Of a stretch of DNA of 64,000 nt, positions 13,031-26,785 are shown one piece after another (positions within the stretch are counted from its first letter, which is position 1; every line of letters begins with the position of its first letter). The notes beneath the pieces are model-generated. The model ran no database searches. It was not told the DNA's origin and saw only the letters and a list, made by a program, of their open reading frames with translations. The DNA comes from Camelus ferus. Taxonomy: Eukaryota. Where the stretch lies: the NCBI RefSeq assembly GCF_009834535.1, contig NC_045697.1, positions 75,890,001 to 75,954,000 of the forward strand, in the 5' to 3' direction. A program made the position numbers and the translations under genes.

Positions 13031-15712
13031 AAAGTGACTTTTAAAGATCACACTTAGCAATACCAGAATCCAGTCTAGATCCAAGTCTCCTAATTGTAAT
13101 AAAATATTCTTTGTCCATGCTCTTTCCCTCAGGAATCCTCTTTACTTTCTTGTTTTTATCATATTTCCCACTGCTCTCAATTAGAAAGTGACTCACCACC
13201 TAATGCATTATTAGAGTTTAACCAAAGTACCATGAAAAAGTGAAAAATGGATGTGTCTACTCTCACTGGAGAAAGTACACATGCTTGCGTTTCCTTGACA
13301 CATTTTCATTTGTTTAGAAGTGTAATAGGACACTGAGTTTATTTACTGTCTGTAATCATTTCTACAAGGGTGAATAAAAATTATTCTTTACTTTTCTCTC
13401 TAGCAAGCTTTAAACACTTCAGGGAGGTTGGGAAGGACCTCGAAGCTTCTTTTTCCATGTCCTAAACCTCATCCTTCTCTTGAAGGTGTCAGATTCTGAA
13501 ATCAAGGTGGTGTCTACATTATCCGAAGCCCATGGATTGTATTCTGAAAGCAAGAGAGAGGGTGGGACTGTCTTTAACAATGACATCCACAGTGTTTACT
13601 CCTTAAACTTTTCCTCTGTGTACTCTGAGGTGTGGCCTCTGACCACACGTGACTCAGAAGCTCAGGGCAAAAGCACATTGGCTGATTTATTTACTTGGTT
13701 AGCATCACCATCCATGTTGTGACAGCTCATTAGAGCCTGGGTTCTACCAGCGGGACCTCTGGTTTACATCTTGATTCTCGCCTCTGGCCCCTACCCTCAA
13801 AAATGTGTTTGTCCTCCCTGAGCTCTGGGTGCTTTGCTTCATTTTCCTTTATTTTGCTTGGGGTTCAGTTGCAAAAAGCTTTTTACTAGCATGCCCCTCA
13901 TTTCACTTCCTTCTTTCTTCTTCCCCCTTTCCAGTTATTCTTGGTGCTTTCATTGCTATTTTATTTGGACACCAACTAACTCTTTGTGGTCCTGAGAGTT
14001 TACTTTCTTGATTCACATAGTGTTCTCTGAACATCATCCTTCAAGACTTGAAAGAAGACCTTGAAATAGTTGTGTTATCAAAGAGGATTATGTAAATCTG
14101 CCAATATGTAATTTGCTTTGAGATTGCTTAGAAGGAGTGTTGGAAACCTGTTGGGTGAGGATGTCTGAGATGGGTGATGACACACAGGTAGATCAGGTAA
14201 ATTCCTTATAAAAGAGTTAAAGTACAGATTACTCATTTTCTTTTCTTTTTTTCTTATTGTACTTCATTTTCATTAACTTTAGTGGAAGTGGTTTTCCAGA
14301 GTTAGCATCTCATAAAATAATCCATAACATCACCAAGCCCACTGAATATGTATGATTTAAAGTTTTTTTTCCCCCCAAATTATTTATTTTCTAAAGGAAG
14401 AGAAGCAAACTGCTGATAACTACTGAGGAGACTGGAGTAAACAACCTCTTAAAAATATTAAGAGCATGGACAACAAAAGATTAGGAAAGAGAAAAATAAA
14501 AACTAGGGGATATGGATTACAGAACCAAGAGACTTGACCAGGCTGGGAATCCAAAGGAGACTTCCCGAGCAGGAGCTGGAAGGTTTGCACAAGCTTGGCC
14601 ATCGCTGAGTTACTCAGGTGTAGCTCGTCTGCTCATTCTGTTCACCTGCTCAGATACATACTCCAGGATCCTTGCAATTTTTGTTATAGTACTTTCATGT
14701 ATGTATCCTGAGGAGTTACTCTGCCTCCCAACAAATGTCCTTTCTCCCTGACCAGAGGTGAACTCCGTCTGGCAGCCTCTTTCTAATAATACCCCCACCC
14801 CAATTTGTTTCTGCCTAAATTCATATTTATCCATGTCTGGTTTCATTTTTACTTCTAGTTTCATTTTTATTTTCAAAGACAGGATTTTATTTGAGCAAGA
14901 GTAATAATCACAGTAAATATGCACATTTTACTTTAGTTTTATGAACTATATAATTATGCTATATTTAACTACAGAGGCTGAGCTCTTTGCTACCTGGTGG
15001 TACATCACCACAACTGGCATCTTGCTAAAAAGAAAAAAACCTTTTAAGTTTCCAGGACAGAGTATTTTTATTTGCCTACCTCAAACATAGTGACCAAAAT
15101 GAAAAATGAGGTTTACTATTTTTATCCTTAGTACATGATATGAAACAGACTATGTGCTTATCATAATAAAATTTTTAAAGAGAATGTCAATATGATAGCT
15201 GATATTTGGAAATTTATGTTGGGAGCTGAAACTCATCTTTTCTCCTTTTAAATTGCAATAACAACTTATGTTTATTTTAGAAAATTTTAAACCTTGATAA
15301 GCAAAGGGAAAACTTAAGTCATCTATAAATCTATCACCTGTTAACATTTTGCATTATCTTACCAGCATTTATGTTTATGCAGGCAACTTTTAAAAAACAA
15401 GATAAATAGGGTCATATACATATCACTGTTTTGTACTCAAGTATATCATGAACCTCTTTTGTTACTTCCCGCTCAACATGGTAAAGAAGCATTTCAGTAT
15501 TCTGTTGCATCCATTCACCACAATTTCTTTAAGCAATCCCCTATTTTTGGACACTTAGTTATTTCCAGTTTTTATTAAAGATGTCAGAGGCTCAGACCTC
15601 AATCTTGTTCACATTCTTAGGGTATTTTTAAAATATAAGAAATGTGTTTCATTTTTGTCATGGAGAGCACCTTGATATTTTTGTTTTTTAAGCCAATTTA
15701 TATGTATCTCAC

Positions 15713-15834
15713 TTTTTTGTATTCTGACAGGGAGGTAATTGGGTTTCTTCGATTTCCGCCTGGAGGAGGTCCGGGAAATTGAACCCTCTTGCGTGCTGAG
15801 CGTGCTCTCTACCACTTGAGCTATACCCTTCCCC
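15713..15834 (-). mobile_element. tRNA-Ala-derived SINE (long form, internally deleted)
   Basis: 'gcgtgctgagcgtgctctctaccacttgagctatacccttcccc' plus 'ggaggtaattgggtt' domain; short flanking repeat gtatctc. Confidence 0.85.
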
Positions 15835-17895
15835 CGTATCTCTTCTTTGGTTTGAGTTCTTTGTTCACCAATAAGGTTAAAACACTTTTTCACTTTCAAT
15901 GTTAAAGCATAAAGGAGTTATTTTCTTTGGTTGCAAAAGGTCTGAAAGCATTTCTTAAAATTAAATAATTTTAAGAAATATTTGAAATCAATGAAGTTTC
16001 ACTGTTAACAATACAATGTGACCTTCTTGTCATTTTTTATGACTTGGACTCTAGGGAGTTTGGATGTAACAATTACAACTTTGTGTCATGAAGGAAAGAA
16101 CTAGATTAGCAATTGTTTCTTCATGGAAGACCTAACAGAAAACCTGTAGAGGGTGGGAGACACAGGGCTTTTTAATCTGTTAGTTCAACCTTTCTCTCTG
16201 GGCTTAAAAAAAGAGGACTCTTATTCCTGGGATGTTTGAATGCTGTCTGTATTATGCGGAGGGAAGTACAGAGTGACCTTTCAAGATATTTCAAATTTAA
16301 GAATCTATAGTTAGAAAACACTATTTGAGGTCTCATAATACAGTGTTACTCTTTAAGTGCCCATCTAAATTACTGGGTCATTCCTCCCCCATTTTCTCCC
16401 TCCCTCTCTCGTTCACACCTGCCACTTGTGCATCCAAGGACTCTGCTTCAGAAAATCTTCATGGCATCAAACCTGTGGTTGTTATGGTATTAAACTGCTT
16501 TCCTCCCCTCTCCCCTCTTTATAAGATCACTTCAGTGACTTCAGTGTCTTACTTGCAAGGGGCTTACCGGGGCCTCTTTAAGAACACAGCTGGCTGTCTT
16601 ATAAAGAGGGGGTTAGTCATTGAACAAATAACATCAACTGTGTGCCATAAGACAGCAGAAAACCTGACAGACGTGGTCCCTAGTCTGAAGGAGTCAAGAA
16701 GAGTCTTCTTTAAGGAAGAGGGATTTGTCCAGGAGTGCATGGGAATTAATTGTACCTGCCATCCCTTGCTGAATGCTACATTTAGGGCCTGTGAACTGCA
16801 AGTAAATTAATCTATTTCTGCTTTCCCTGGGTGGCTAATTAAAGTGAAAATACATTGCTACAGTTGATTAACAACTTTAAGATGAGCACTATTTCAATCT
16901 GATGGAATGGAAAAAAGCTGACAAATCGCTGAAACGTCAGCTCATTCACAGGACTCATGGAATAGCTGTGGAGGTTCAGCTGTGTTATGTCTTCCATGTA
17001 CAGTGTGGGACTATCCAAAGGAACAAAGGTCCTTTGCTAGCTAAGGTTTGCTCTCTAATAACTAGTCTTTAAAATAAAAAATCAATCTATTTTCCAACTT
17101 ACAATAAAATATGCCTTAACCACAATGGCTTTTGTAATTTGGAAACGCTCCACATTTAACTGTTAGGTAGAGCCTGAGATGACTGTGAGAAATAGGAATA
17201 TTCTTTTGAGTCGTTTAATCCCCTGAGATGATTATGGCTGTTCTTTTGCCAAACAATGACTCTCAAGTCCATTAGACTTAAAAACAGATGCTTCTGTGGA
17301 AAATCACTTTCAGTGTATCATCAGGTTATGTAGTGTTTTTATGTGCTTTTTTTGGGCCATCTCCTGATGGTAGAGAATTTTGTTCCACAAATCTGGAACT
17401 GTCTTCTCTTCAGCTCTTACCAGATGCATGGCTGAGGGAAATGGAAGTAAAGGATGGATTTCTGGTGCAGTTGTGTCCCTGAAATGAGTCAGACCGTCAG
17501 AGCTGCTTATTTGTGTTACGTTGCCTTGGCTTCCTACCAAAGAAGCTCTAGAGAGTTACGCCTTGGAATTTATTGAGGGTCACGATGGAAAACTATCATA
17601 TGACATCATACGATGATCTCCCTGGTCTGTGCTATTGCTCATCTCCTCTTGTGTACAGACCTGCAGTGAGCATGATACAGCTAAATGTTCAGAAAAACTT
17701 TTTCCCCCCGATGACCTCCTTCCACTACGTCTGTGATCAAGAACCCCCAATCTATATTCACCTGGCTCTCTGATCCTACTTTACTCCTCTTACCAGAGTA
17801 TTTTACTTTGTAAGTTGTATCATTTACTTTATTCCTTTCTGAAGTGATGCATGGTATATATATTTCAAATGAAAATAAATGAACTTCCATGACAC

Positions 17896-18006
17896 TTTTT
17901 TTTTTTCAGTGGAGGTCCAGGGGCTTGGACCCCAGGCTTGAACCCAGGACTTTGTGCGTGCTAAGCATGCTCTCTGCCACTGCACTATATCCACCCCCAC
18001 CCCCTA
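17896..18006 (-). mobile_element. tRNA-Ala-derived SINE with duplicated B-box segment
   Basis: T tail, 'ttgaacccaggactttgtgcgtgctaagcatgctctctgccactg'; TSD ccatgacact at 17887-17896 and 18007-18016. Confidence 0.9.
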
Positions 18007-19136
18007 CCATGACACTCTTTTAAATGAGTCTTTTCTTAACTACTTTAGGATGCATGTGGAAAGAGTGTTTGGCATAGTAAGCATGAATTTAGTTCTATCA
18101 TCCACCCCCTTTACCCATCTCCTTTTTGACAAGAGCACCCTTTTTAAATTTGACTAGATGAAAGGCACCATGTTTAGCTGTGTAACTGAAAAAAATCTGT
18201 AAGCTGACAGTATTATCAGTATCATTAATACCATGCTATAAACAATTATAATTGCCCACAGACTTAAGTTATGGAGCCACTGTCTGCTCTTTAATTTGAC
18301 TTGCTCTTGCTACCTAAGAAATAGAATGTTGTTCTGTTTTGTGAGCTACTTTAAGTTTCAGCATCTCATAGCTTGACACTCTGGGCTTATTTCTATGTAT
18401 TGATGTCTGTAGGTATGTGAAAAGCATTGGACCTTTGGGATCTGTCTCCTTGAGAAATCTCTCTGTTAGCCTGGTTCTTACTTTGTCAGATATTCATCTA
18501 GGCTAACTTAACTCTTGACCTTACAAATAGGTGATTAAATAAAGATTAGCCTGTGAGATTATTGTTGGGTGTTTACATTGCAGCCACTGTCACTGAGGAC
18601 TGTGACAGGCATGGTTTGGGGATACTTGGAGGCCATGTTGTAGGCACCTTTAGTATTAAGAGCCATGTGACCCCTTTGACTATCTGATTGAATATGAATA
18701 TCCATTAATTTCTTCTAATACTACCGTAGTGTTCTAGAAATGTCTTAAATATGGGAAACCTCTGAAGGATTTAAAGTAAGAGAGTAAATTTTTAGAAAGA
18801 CCAGTGTGGAAAATGAGGGACAGGAAGAGATTAATGTAATGCAGGGGAAACATGGTGGACTGAAGTTAGGGTCAGGTTAGTAGAGGTGGTAGGTAAAGTC
18901 AAGAGAGTGGTGATAGCTGGAGCGAGGTCCCAAATGGACGGAGAAAGACATCCTCTGTGGGTGGGGTGGTCTCTTCAAAGGAATAAACGTATCCCCCTGA
19001 GAATATTCTTGTAGTTTATCTGAAGTGTAAACTAAGTTGCTTAACTAATATCATAAGCCTTACTGGAATGCAGCATTTTTGACCAATTGAAGTTTATTTC
19101 ATCTCTACATGGCATTTTAGATACACTTTTGTCCTT

Positions 19137-19680
19137 TAATTTTTATAGCAACTTTATTGAGATGTAATTCACATACTGTAAAATTCATCCTTTTAAAAGA
19201 GTAGAGTTCAGTGATTATAAGTATCTTCACAGAGTTGTGCAACCATCAGCTCTATCTAATTTTAGAACATTTACATCATCCCCCAAAAGAAACCCCATAT
19301 CCACTGATAACCCCCATTCTCCTCATCCTCCAGCCCCTGGCAGCCACTCATCTACTTTCTGTCTGTATGGATTTGCCTCTTCTGCGCATTTCATATAAAT
19401 GGAATCGTGAAATATGTGGTCTCTTGTTGGCTTCTTTCATTCAGTATAATGTTGTCAAGGTTCATCCATGTTAAAGCGTCTATCACTACTTCTTTTTTAT
19501 TACCAGATTATATTTTATTATATGGACACACCACATGTTGCTCATCCATTCATCCGTTGATGGACATTTGGATTGTTCCCACTTTTTGGCAATTATGAGT
19601 AATACTGAATGAACATTTGTGTACAAGTTTTTGTGTGGACCAGTGGTTTCATTTTTCTTGGGTGTGTACTCAGGAGTGAC
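19137..19680 (-). mobile_element. L1MB-like 3' fragment
   Basis: 'actttattgagatgtaattcacatac...ttcacagagttgtgcaaccatc...ttttagaacattt...gttgatggacatttggattgtt'. Confidence 0.85.
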
Positions 19681-19769
19681 ATTCATTCTTGTCTCTTCAA
19701 CAGTTGAGTATTTTTGGTGAAAATAGGATCTCAATTGGAAATCGATTTCTGGTTGCAGATGGGCATATA

Positions 19770-20020
19770 TCCTGTAATTGTTATTGTGTCCAAACTCATA
19801 GCATGTACGCACCACCAAGAGTGAACCTTGCTGTGAACTGTGGACTCTGGGTGATTATGGTGTGTCCGTGGAGGTTTGTCGGTTGTAATGAATGTACTGC
19901 TCTGTGGGGGATGTTGATAATGAAGGAGGTGTGCATGTGAAGGGGCAAGGGAAATATGGGAAATCTCTGTACTTTTCCCTTAATTTCACTGTAAATGTAA
20001 AACTGCTCTTAAAAAAATCT
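19770..20020 (+). mobile_element. L1MC-like 3' end
   Basis: 'caccaagagtgaacct...ggactctgggtgattatg...ggggatgttgataat...tatgggaaatctctgtacttt...aaaactgctcttaaaaaaa'. Confidence 0.85.
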
Positions 20021-20199
20021 GTTAAAAGTCCATTAAAATATTACAGCATGTAACATATGTATTTCAAAGGGACTCTTCCACCATTTTGTTGGAAGGCGAC
20101 GAATTGTGCACTACACAGCAGCCTGGGTTTCCATGACACCGAGTGTGCCTGTGTGTAGGCAGTCCTTCTGCCTGCTCTGCAGAGCCCTGGGTGACCTGG

Positions 20200-20545
20200 C
20201 CTCTGCCCTCTGGCCTCTGCTGCATTTCTCTGCTCCTGGGTCACGATGCTCTATTGCCTTTTAGTTCTCTAAACCTGCCTGGTTCATTCCTGCCTCAGGG
20301 CCTGTGAACCAGCTGCTTCTTTGGCCTGGAGTGCTCTTCAATTGCCTATCACTCCCTGCCCCACCATTATTATTAAGTCTTAAGTTAAATAGCATCCCTA
20401 ACTATTTGCTCTGAATCAGCCTTGCCAGCCTCCCTCTGACTTTGATTGCCCTTGTTTGTCTACTTGTTAGAATGTGAGCATCATGAGGGAAGGGAATCTG
20501 CCTGCTCCATTGCTCCACCTTGAACAGGTCTGTTGAGTGTTAAGT
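20200..20545 (+). mobile_element. L2 fragment
   Basis: 'tcattcctgcctcagggcct...gcctggagtgctctt...tagaatgtgagcatcatgaggg'. Confidence 0.6.
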
Positions 20546-21805
20546 AAACAAGTGACACGTGCGTGGCTGGGTTGCTTCTCTCCTCCTGAAATGCTGGTAC
20601 CTGTTTAGACCCAGTGTTTTCCTGGTGACTCTTCCAGAGGGGCAATATCACAGAGCTCATCTTTTCACCCTCACCCCCAGAAAACCAGCAAACCATACCA
20701 ACAGAGCATCATTCTTATTAACCTCTTACTTTCTCTGCCTTTTAGAGCCTTGTCCTCTGCCGCTGCCACTCTGCGCAGAAAGGATCTGCTCCAAGACTAC
20801 AGGGACCAAGGTGGGATTTGCTGTGCTACCATCTGCAGACAGCAGGTTTGGTGCTTCCTGGTGCTAGATCATAAGTATAATTTGCATCTGCTGAAGGTTG
20901 GTTGCCTCTCAGTTGTCCTGCAATTTCTCTGCTCCCTTCCCTTTTCTAGTTAAGACATTTCAAAAGTGCCTTAACTCTGAGAATGTCTATTTTATTCTAA
21001 GGAGAGTCTTAGATTTCAAGCGGTTTCAGGTGAATGGGTGAGTGACTATTTCCTCACTCATGGGACTTTTGTCTTAAATGACAGCAAGAGAACTATAGGT
21101 GACTCCAAAACATCCTAACCTCTTTGCATTACTGCCGAGACAGCACTCAGCAATGTGCATTAAGAAAAGTTACTGGCACTAAAAATCTTCAAAGAAACAT
21201 CAGTCAGCTGTGCACCTGTTCAACAACATTACTAAAATGATTGCTAGAAAAGTTGGTGTGTTTCTCTAGTTACTAAAACCAAGGTAAAAGATGTGTGGCA
21301 GTTATACCCATTTTCTGCCCATGGAGGAGGATGTTTTTGCTTTTATGATTGATATTGTGCAACTCAGTTCATCATCTAGGCTAATTCGAATTTAATTCCA
21401 GGAAAATTTTTTCTTGAAAATAAAACTAGCAGTTGCTTTTTTAACACAAAAGATTGCACACCTTATGACTAGGGCTCTTAAGTTAGCCGTTCTTTTTCAT
21501 CATTTCTAATTAGTGTGGTGTTTGTCTAAAGAGACTTTAGCCCAAAGATGGACCCCAGGGCCATGTAATCCCAAGTTAATTAAAAATAAAATTTTATAAA
21601 TATTGAAGAATCATTGTTTAGCACAGCATTCTGTAAGCTTATTTGTTTGTCTTCCATAAAATTCAAAATAATTGTAAGAATGTTGCTGGGATTAGAATGC
21701 CTATATTGGGCTAATACTAGGAATGACAGCTATTTCTGAGTATTTGATGCCTATGATATCCCCTCTTTGTCTGGTAGTATCTGTCCTGCTGGGTGAAAAA
21801 AAGAA

Positions 21806-21920
21806 TTCATTTATTCAACAAATACTTACTGAACGATTTCTGTGTGCCAGGCAGTCTTTTCAGTGTGCCTGAATGAAATGAGGCAGTGAACAAAGCAAAC
21901 TCCCTGCTTTCATGGAGCTT
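21806..21920 (-). mobile_element. L2 3' end
   Basis: 'attcatttattcaacaaatacttactgaac...ctgtgtgccaggca'. Confidence 0.7.
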
Positions 21921-22199
21921 TTAAAAAGCTTCCCAATATCCTCAGCAAACGAATGGGAGAAGGGAGGTGCAGAGAAGTTGACTCACTCTCAGGTGTCCTG
22001 GAAAACCCCCTTCAAGATGGCAGACAGACACAAGATGAAAATGGGAGAGTTGGAATCTGATTCGGAGAATGAGAGCAATCTTAATGCTCTAGTTTAATCA
22101 CTGGAAAAATGTGGAAGCTTATTAAAACAATAAACAAAAAACAGGTGCCGGGGTGATCTGATCTAGGCTGAAAGAAGGATTGCTTTTCAAGTATACCAT

Positions 22200-22720
22200 T
22201 TAAATTCATTTTATTCAAGTTCACAGCTTCTGCCCAAATTCAGCCTCCATCATCCCCTCCTAGCCTCAGTTGTCAGTGTCTAATGCAGCTTTCCAGAGTT
22301 CCTCTGTACACAAATCTGAATTCATATTTGCTCCTTTCATAAAATAAAGGATACCAAACTATACTTTTGAGCATTGTATATTTTTCTTCTAATAAATGGA
22401 GGAGGGTTTAATAAATCAGTACTAAGAGAGTGTCCTCATTCTTCTTTTTTTTCACCCCCTCAACAGTCACAGAGTAGTCCATTGTATGGATGTACCACAA
22501 TTTAAATAGTGACCTATTGATGGACATTTGGGTTGTAGCCAATCCTTGCTCTTAAACAATGCCACAGTAAATAACTTTGTACATGTGCACAATTATATGT
22601 GTATAAATTTGCAAAGTAGAATTGCAGGGCATATAGTATATGTATAGTTTTGATAGCTGTCTTGTCAAATTGTCTCCCGGAGGGGGTTTATCTTATTCTC
22701 ACCCCTGCTGGAAACTTGTG
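22200..22720 (-). mobile_element. Old L1ME-like fragment
   Basis: 'tagtccattgtatggatgtaccacaattt...cctattgatggacatttgggttg'. Confidence 0.6.
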
Positions 22721-23097
22721 AGAGAAGTTGTTATCTGGATATGGACTTTTTCCCAGTCTGGTAAATTAAATGATGTCTCGGAGTTTCAATTTAGGAATCC
22801 TATTCATTCAGAATTCTCAGTAGTATTTTTTTAAAAGAAAGTGTTCAGAAAAGTAAACAAAACTGGAATTCAGCTCTTTTTATTGTACAAAAGGACACTA
22901 AAGGCCTTAGATCTTCTCTTATGTAAGTTAAGACAACATTTGTCCACATTAAAAATGCTACATTTTAAATACTGAAAACATAGAAGGTTTACCCTGTGCT
23001 TCTTAGGCTCGCGATGTACCTAGGTGACCTGCTAAGAAAGAGTAAGACCTTTCTCTTGTAATTTGGTCCTGTATGATAGCTCGTTGAAATAGGACAG

Positions 23098-23617
23098 CAT
23101 ACAAAAACAAGTTAACACAGCAGACCTGGAGCTGCTTTCCTTAGAAATGCCTGCCTGGTAACTTAGATTCGAGGAGAGTTCCCACTATTTCCTGGTAAGA
23201 GTGGCTCGCTGTGCCTGAACTGTTGTGCAAACAATTCAAAAGGTTTCTTTTGAATACCTGCTTACATTCTGGGAGTATAGCATTTGGGTACGTGGCCAGC
23301 AGAAGGTTCCTGTGTGACCAACTCCAATAAAAATCCCAGACACTGAGTCACTAATAGGCTTCCCTGGTAGACGATATTTCACAGGTACTGTCACAACTGG
23401 TTGGGGAAATTAAGCACAACCATGTGATTCCACCGGGAAGGGACCCTTGGAAGTTTGCTCCTGGTCTCCTCTGGACTTTACCCTGTGTGCCTTTTTCCTT
23501 TGCTGATTTTGCCTTGTATCCTTCTGCTGTAACAAACAGCTGTGTGTACAACTATACACTGGGTCCTGTGAGTCCTAATGAACCATCACACTGGGAGTGG
23601 TCTTGGGGACCCCACCT
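23098..23617 (+). mobile_element. MER68-like solo LTR (ERVL)
   Basis: Colinear with recalled MER68: 'agttaacacagcagacctg...ccttagaaa...taagagtggctcgctgtgcct...gcttccctggtagac...ttcctttgctgattttgc...gtcctgtgagtcct...gtggtcttggggacccc'. Confidence 0.8.
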
Positions 23618-24219
23618 AGTCAGCTTTGCAAAGACTTTAATATCCTTTCTGTCTGCAGGGTTAGTGGTGAGTGACACAGACACTTAGCATGCAGTTGACT
23701 GACCTTTGGCATTTTATCTTGACTTATAGTCTGTGTTCTGTTGTAACCTGTTTAATGCTTCGGATTTCTAACAGTGATTTAGCATGTACATCTAACAAAT
23801 GGAGGCAACAAGAAGGCTGCTGGGTACTGGAGAGTTTTATGTTTAGTGGTGAATCCACAACTTCGGTCTTCCCCATGTCTGTACTTAGGCTTAAAAGCTT
23901 CTTGCTTTAATTTTCTATAATTTGATTATTAGGTAAATGGATTTACACAAATCCCCTTGGATTCATAGCCACAGAATTTTAGTTAGACAGTCTGATTTCT
24001 AAGTATGCTCTGATTCTGAAGCTTAACTGCAAATCAGTAGTCCTGGAAACTTCACTTAAGATGGCAGATCTTTGTCCAAATAGGATATAAGGCCCAAAGA
24101 TTGAAATAAAGCTTATTTTTGTATAGTTGTGTTATATTAGCATCCCATTTTAAATTTTTAAATATTAAAATGGAAAACTGATAAAAGTGTTAAAGATTTG
24201 TTTCTTTAAGCTGCTTTTT

Positions 24220-24374
24220 GTTTTGGTTTTGATGGGTTTTTTTGGTGGGGGTAGGTAATTAGGTTTGTTTGTTTGTTTATTTATTATTTTTTAAATGTAG
24301 GTACTGGGGATTGACTCCAGAACCTCATGCATGCTAAGCATGTGCTCTACCACTGAGCTATACCCTCCCCCTCC
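24220..24374 (-). mobile_element. tRNA-Ala-derived SINE (long form, well preserved)
   Basis: 'ggtactggggattga...cctcatgcatgctaagcatgtgctctaccactgagctataccctcccc'; TSD ttaagc(t/c)gcttttt at 24206-24219 and 24375-24388. Confidence 0.93.
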
Positions 24375-25699
24375 TTAAGCCGCTTTTTCGAAAAGATGTT
24401 AGGTGGCTTCTGAAGAGAAGTGTTCATATGGCTTAAAAATATTAAGTGTAGGACAGAGATGGTTCTTAATGCTTCTTGCTGATCAGAAAAATGGTGGATC
24501 CATAAAATATTAGGGAACTGGTAGTAACTGGTGAAGAATGTACGTGAATTTTATTTTTATTGTCGATTTTTGGCTTCTAGAGTGACCTAGGCATGTGAGC
24601 TAACTTATGTTTAAAAACAAAGCTCAGTGAGGTGGACCTTAGGCTGATAGTGACATTTCTTTATATTCATGGTGGTATTTGAGGCTGAACTCCTTCAATT
24701 CTGAAGCTACTTGTATTGTGGTATCAATTTCTTTCAGGTAAAAATGTGTAAAAGTATAAAACGTGTAAAAGTGTAATAGTTGTTCTGGCCTGGAATGTAG
24801 CTCACCAAATGAGTCAACCCTCTGGTAGCCTGGGAGAAAAATTCTTTTTTGACTGTGAGGCCGGAATTACTGACCCAGGCTGTTTAGGAATATATTATTT
24901 TAACTATGACTTCATGAGAGAACTAATTCTTATGGGGATGGCAAGTAACTTCCATGACAGCATATAATTCCCATTCACTTTTATATGTAAGAACCCAGTA
25001 ATTGCTTTTCTCAGAACTCAGAAGAAAAAATAGCGTAGCCTGTATTTCAGCTACAAAGGATCTGTTGATTCTGCGCATAGCATAGTGCCTTTTGAACTCC
25101 CCAACTTGAAAAGAATTGGAGGAGCCTCTACTCCCAGGGACCTGGGGAAGAGCAGTATTGAGGTTAAGGGTGAAATCAACAGTCTAGTTAGTGCCCAGAG
25201 GAGTTCGCACTGATAAATGTCTGTCCTGCTTCTGACTGTACTAGTGCCTGAGTCACCTTCCTCCTGCCAAACCCAAACGGGTTACTAGGCGACAGGAGTG
25301 ATTAGATTCTCCAAATATCTCACCACAGTGAAATGACCATCTGCAAGATTTCCAGGAAATGTCCCTCTTATAAGTCACTGGGGAGCTGGGCAAACATTCA
25401 CACAGGCACTGAAGGCATCAGATGACCCAGAGCTAGTAGCTGTGTGTTAGAAGGTGGGGCCAGCTAATATTTGGAAGAAAGTCACCTCACAGAGCAAACA
25501 CAGACTGTTATCTGCATCGTAACTGTGAGAAGGAAGCGTGGAGGAGGGAAGGGTGAAACATCTCTCCAGAAGGACTCATGGGGAAGGAAATCTGCTCTTA
25601 TGAAAAACAAAAACAAAAACAAAAACAAAAAACCCTAGCACACTCCTAATTGTAAAAATAGACCAAGATCTCAGAAAATCACAACATTAGCAGAGTGGC

Positions 25700-25890
25700 T
25701 GAGATTACTTGGGTTCAAATCCTACCTCTGACCACTTGCTGGATTTCTAGCAATGGAAGTGTCTCACTTCCTCAGGCCTCACATGGAGGTGATAATTGTA
25801 CCTACCCCTTAACGTGGTTGCGCATATTAACCTGTTAATATTGGGGAGGCACGAGTGTCTGGTACCATAAGCTCTGGGAAGTGTAATTAT
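25700..25890 (+). mobile_element. MIR SINE
   Basis: 'tgggttcaaatcctacctctgaccacttgct...atggaggtgataattgtacctacc'. Confidence 0.65.
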
Positions 25891-26785
25891 GTTCTTCACC
25901 GTCCAGGCAACTACCTAAGCAAGAGATGGGGGCAAAATTGTTTAGAAATGAAGAAAAGCCCAAAGATAGGTGAGAACTTTTCAGGGATTTATCTATTCTT
26001 TTATCATTTTGAGAACTGGAACTATTGAAATTATAGTTACAGTATCACTTAAAGAAACCTTTCCAAGGGTTTTCAGCAATACATACTTTAAAAATTATAT
26101 ATATATATTTTGAAAAACTACATCAGGATTATGCAGGGAGAGCAGGGTATAACCATGGAGATTGCTTGGGGGCTTCCAAGTTATCTGTAACATTCTGAAG
26201 CTATAAAGGGTTTTGCTTTACTATTTTTTATACCTTATGTTATATCCTGCCTTTTATATGTGATATATTACGATTAAAAATGCAATCACACAAAGTAAAC
26301 CACTGTAAGTTGGGTGAAATTTTGGGGTTTCTGTATCCCATATGGAAATTATAATTATGTAGGCACGTTATTGACTCCTTTAGAAAAAGAAAGATGCCTG
26401 CAGTACTTTGGAGAAGGGTGAGATTGAGCAGGTGTCTTTGAGTGTGTGAGCTGACACATTTATTCACAGACACTCTAGTGCTTCTGAATGCTGGGCATTT
26501 GGCTCGTGGCCAGCGACACTGACACAAATCAGACATGGATGGTCCTTGCACCTCCTGCCCCAGCAGAGGAGATAGCCTTGGGTAGGCTACAAACTACAAA
26601 CCCATGTAAGAGACTAAAGAAATGGATGGAGCATAAGTAAGGGGAGAAAGCCATGGCATTAAATCCCAATCTGATCCTTTAGGAGTTCTCACTTCCTTTG
26701 AATTTAGTTTTTGAAGGAAAGCAGAAGTTAGCAAACTGGGTTGAGATGTTGCTGTGCATTGGGCTAGGGTCACAGCAGTGCCCGG

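Noticed and set aside
16325..16810. 161-aa ORF
   Set aside because: Non-ATG start, no recognisable domain, no exon structure; expected by chance
24298..24370. tRNA-Ala(AGC)-like sequences (here and in six other copies)
   Set aside because: They have A-rich tails, mostly TSDs, and broken stems, so they are SINE heads, not tRNA genes
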